Assembly: GCA_001643675.2 (NCBI GenBank)
Contig: LSRY02000002.1
Coordinates: 248,001 to 312,000, forward strand
Length of the DNA stretch: 64,000 nt
Direction of reading: 5' to 3'
From: Monocercomonoides exilis PA203
Taxonomy: Eukaryota > Protista > Preaxostyla
The translations under genes were made by a program, and so were the position numbers. The notes under the pieces are model-generated. The model made no database searches, had not been told where the DNA came from, and worked only from the letters and a program-made list of their open reading frames with translations. Shown piece after piece: positions 60,200-64,000 of this stretch. Within the stretch, counting starts at the first letter, position 1. Each line of letters starts with the position of its first letter.

Positions 60200-63100
60200 C
60201 AGCCTTTTTTTATCGAGTGTCATTCGCAGGGACAATCCATTTCAAGCGACATTTTACGAATTATGTGGTTTCTTCTCAGTCTTCTCCTTCTTCTCATTCT
60301 TCGCTATCTTCGCAATAGTCTGCTTCACATGCATTGAATGTTGGGAGTCAGCCTCATTTTGAACATCAAAGCAGCAGTGCTTCTGTTCCAATGCAACAAG
60401 AAGAAAACAGACAAATTCCTCTATCATCATCTTCTTCCTCATCTTCCTCATCTTGTTCTTCTTCTTCTCTCAAAAATGCATATTGTTCTATTATGCACAT
60501 AAAAAAAATCCACATGTTTTCAAGATTAGTGAAATGTTTGTTCATTTCAAGAAATTCTTTAAAAGAAAACGTGGGCAATAAGTTAAAGATGATTTAAATG
60601 AAACAAGAAGAAAAAGAAAAAGGTTTCGAAGAAGAAGACAACGCGGATGACGATTTGGGCTGCGAAATCGAAGGATCGATCACACACAATGCACACTCAA
60701 AGGATAGCAGCATGTTGTTGATCGTTAACTCTTTCTCGCTCGGGACCTGCTTGTGCTGTGCTGAAGAAGAAACAGCAGCAGAAGATAAAGGCAAGTCATC
60801 GCCTCCTTCGTCCTCCCTCTGCCACGCAATCTCCTCGTGGAACTGCACCACACCTTTCCCGTATCGGAGCAGCATCCCAAAGCAGTTCGCCACTTCAACC
60901 TCATTCCTCCTCAGCTACAGCCCCACAAACTCCACCAGCAGCCGCACAATCCAGAACAGCGCACACCACCTTCTTTCTTCTCCACCTCCGACTATACAGC
61001 CTCCACACGCAGCTTCAGCCCTGCACCTCCCGACACTTCCGATAGCACCCGCACGCAGTCGTACAGCTCCGGCTTCAGCAGATCCAAGTGCAGGCTCACA
61101 GTCTTCGCAGCTGCTCAATTCTCAGACGCTGTCAGAGGCGCCTGCCGGTAGGACAAATCGCACACCTTCAGCAGCCGCGGGAATCGCGCGAAGATGTTGT
61201 TGGGCTGGCAGGACATCAGTGCCTATGCGAGAGATGGTTCGCCACAACCAGATAGCCGGTACGCATCCCGGAAGATCCGCAGCGACAGCGCCTTTGGAGC
61301 CTGCGGATAGCACACACAGAAGAGATTCCAGTTTTCCAAACACAATTCCTCTGAAAGCTGCCTCTGATGGTAAAAATGAAGAAGTCCATGCATTTCCAGA
61401 ACATTTGACATCATACAGTACCTTCATCTCCTCCTTCAGCTTCGCTGCCTCTGCACGGCAGTTGTTTGGCAGAAACCGCCGAAACACAGATGCATCTGCC
61501 TCTCCCTTCTCCGACTTCATCCTCTCAAATTCACAAAAAAATATCTTGATCTTCTTCTCAGAAGCCCTTTCAAACAACGTGTTGGAGCACTTCCGGAACA
61601 TTTGGAACGATTCGATCAGGAAGTTTTCGCTCTCTTCCGTCGGCTGCTGATACAGAACACACTTCAAGCAGTAATGTGTCACAATGCATGAAGAACAACA
61701 GTTCATCTTTAGTGAACAATTCATGAACAAACTTTCCAAACATCCGTTCCTCCGCAAAATCCTTCAGGAACAGCTAAACACAGTGAATCATCGCCTTCTG
61801 CACAGCTTCACTCTTCTTCTGATTCTCAATCATCTCCTTGAACAACGCCTTCTGCTTTCTTGTTATCTGTGCGTGCACTTTCAGCAGCTTTATCAGTATC
61901 TTCGTTTCCTTCTTTATCTGGTTCGTCTTCTGCTTCTCAGTTGTATCCACTCATCCTCCATCACCATCGCAAACGTTTTCTGCTCCACCGCTGCTTGCTT
62001 CTCCCACAACACTCACTCCGCTTCCCACTTTCATATCAACCCGCTTCCAGCTCGGGTTTGTGTCGAACATCACAGCGCTGCAATCTCCTATGCTCGCTGA
62101 AAACTTCTCCTTAAATTTTTCGAACAGATGCGACTGAAGTATCAACGAAATCAAAAACAGAACCATCACTTCTTGCACAGAGAAACCAACGAAGAAGATA
62201 TGAAAAGCTTAACCCCCATCCACAAGTTTCCGCTAACCATCCACACTCACAACTCCGTCCTGTTGCATCTTGCGTTTCTTTTCATTCGAAATCCACTCAA
62301 CACTCAGCTCAACCTTCTCATTGTCGTAACAGGCTGACATGCGTCTCCTTCACCTCTTCATTGCACTTCTCGCTCAGCTGAAGAATCTTCCAATCACTTA
62401 TCTTGATGAGATTGCCATTCTCCTGTTCTCCTCCATTAACCATTTGTCAGCTTCAATAGCCGCTTGTCATTTCAAAAATATTTCGTCCACATGTTGAACT
62501 CCATAAACTTCTTATCCTTCTCCTGTTTCACCACTTAATGTTTTTTTTTCTCTTCTTATCCTCCTCCTCACTCTTATCCTTCTTCTTCCCCTTCTTCTGC
62601 TTCTATTGCTTCTTCTCACTCCTCTAGAACAACCAGCACAATCGCTTCCATCACATGAACGACATCCTCCATCTTCAACATTTCCGCCTCCAGCGCCATC
62701 TCCCAAACTTTTCCAGCACTTTGTTCACTGCAGCCACTGGCCGCATCACTTCCTCTTTCATCTTATTCGTCACCACAACGCTCCTCGACTTCATTGATTG
62801 CAAAACCAGCCACGCCGTCTCCAACGGAAGCAGCTATGGACTAAAAAGATTTGTAGATCGATGGGAACGCATCCACACTTGCACAACAAACACATTCTTG
62901 CTTTCCGACTTTATCAACGGCAATTCATCAATTGAAGAAAGCGGAGCAACCAGCACAATAGAAAGCATCACAGAAAGCACCACATCAGAAGTGCACACAA
63001 CGGCCACAAACAGCACAGCCCGCCGCGCAACAATATAACCCAGCAATTTCTGCAGCAGCATCTGCTTGTTACGTGCATACACGCCAGCCGCCTTAGGCAC

Positions 63101-63450
63101 CAAAATCCGCAGTCGAATCTCGATTTCATTCATAGCTGCTGCCGACATCTATGATGCCACCGCAGCCGAGACACCCGATGGATAAATCGCAGGTGCTGAT
63201 GAAGATACGGATGATTTATTACCCCTGTTGCATCCTTCTCTTTTCTTCTCAACATCAAGATTGAAGAGCCAAAATAGAGTAATGCTCCAGTTGAAGAAGA
63301 AAAAGAGGATAGAGAAAATTATAAAGGCGCAGAGTGAAGCGAAGACTTCAGTGAAGGATCAACCTCTGGAAGATTTTTCAGTTCCCCCCAAACGTCTATC
63401 CGTAGTTCTTCCAATAACAGGAACAACGCATTCGCATCAGGATCAGAAAT
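60200..63450 (-). pseudogene. GC-richer degenerate coding-like region, family unidentified
   Basis: Composition like genic DNA. Protein-like minus-strand fragments (e.g. ESLFMNCSLKMNCC..FQMFRKCSNTLFERASEKKIKIFFCEFERM) are broken by many stops and frameshifts. Confidence 0.4.
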
Positions 63451-64000
63451 GTTAATCATCCGCCAATTTTCCTGTTTTTGTGTGATAAGAACTTTTTAAC
63501 AATAAATACTCCTTGCAATGTCTAAAAGTGAAAAGAAAAAGATAAGAAAAAAGCAAAAGAGAAAATTTCCTCCACAAAAGATGTGATTCGTCATTTGATT
63601 CAAAAAATGATTAATATCATTTTGAAATATTGATTTCAGGTCTTTTAATGTTGATATTGCAGATAATATTAGATTTTTTTAAAACATAAGTAATCAATTA
63701 ATTTGTTTTAATTCTTGAATATAATTTTTATTTCATGAGTATTATTACGTTTGAATTCTCGTTATCATTAACTTTCAAAAAATAACACAAGACATACGAC
63801 TTTTCACCTTTTCGTTTTTTCAATTCATTGAAATAATGAAATGTTTATGAAAGTTCAAAAAATCAAAATGTCTTTTCAAATGGATGAAACAAAAAAGGCA
63901 AAAATTTATGGAAATAAGTGTTTGCAACAAATAACAACAAATAGTTTATTTTTTAAATCAAATATGAAAAGTGAATTCAAAAATTTTGTGAAATAGATCT

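Noticed and set aside
60598-61650. 350-aa plus-strand ORF
   Set aside because: No recognisable motif; probably a shadow of the degenerate minus-strand coding region
62433-62441. ccattaacc as the missing TIR of the second Merlin
   Set aside because: Only a 9-bp match, no matching TSD, and 3 kb away inside other decayed sequence
1-64000. Alternative genetic code (TAA/TAG=Gln) for the host, and tRNA/rRNA genes
   Set aside because: Conserved genes (RPL30, GH92, calreticulin, SLC12) end at TAA and 12-kb ORFs contain no TAR, so the code is standard. No tRNA or rRNA signature was recognised by eye.

Overview
AT-rich eukaryotic DNA with short GT-AG introns and the standard genetic code. The gene families and composition suggest an anaerobic metamonad protist, most like the oxymonad Monocercomonoides (inference). 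The core (6-55 kb) is gene-dense. It holds two hypothetical genes, a spliced Ser/Thr kinase with cyanobacterial-type Pkn2 architecture, and an OSR1/SPAK/Fray-type STE20 kinase lying head-to-head (70 bp) with a KCC-like SLC12 cation-chloride cotransporter, its textbook substrate class. It also holds two giant intronless surface receptors (about 4,000 aa) with a degenerate kinase C-lobe, an RRM/zinc-knuckle SR protein, calreticulin, a bacterial-type GH92 alpha-mannosidase and RPL30 with a GC-AG intron. Both ends are decayed repeat islands, each with a pseudogene of the same protein family, a copy of a ~280-bp dispersed repeat and a Merlin (IS1595/ISXO2-like) transposon. The left island also has a fully palindromic 396-bp foldback MITE. 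Top candidates: the co-located SPAK/OSR1-KCC pair, the intron-containing cyanobacterial-like kinase, and the giant receptor pseudokinases. All family assignments come from motifs read by eye; no searches were run.
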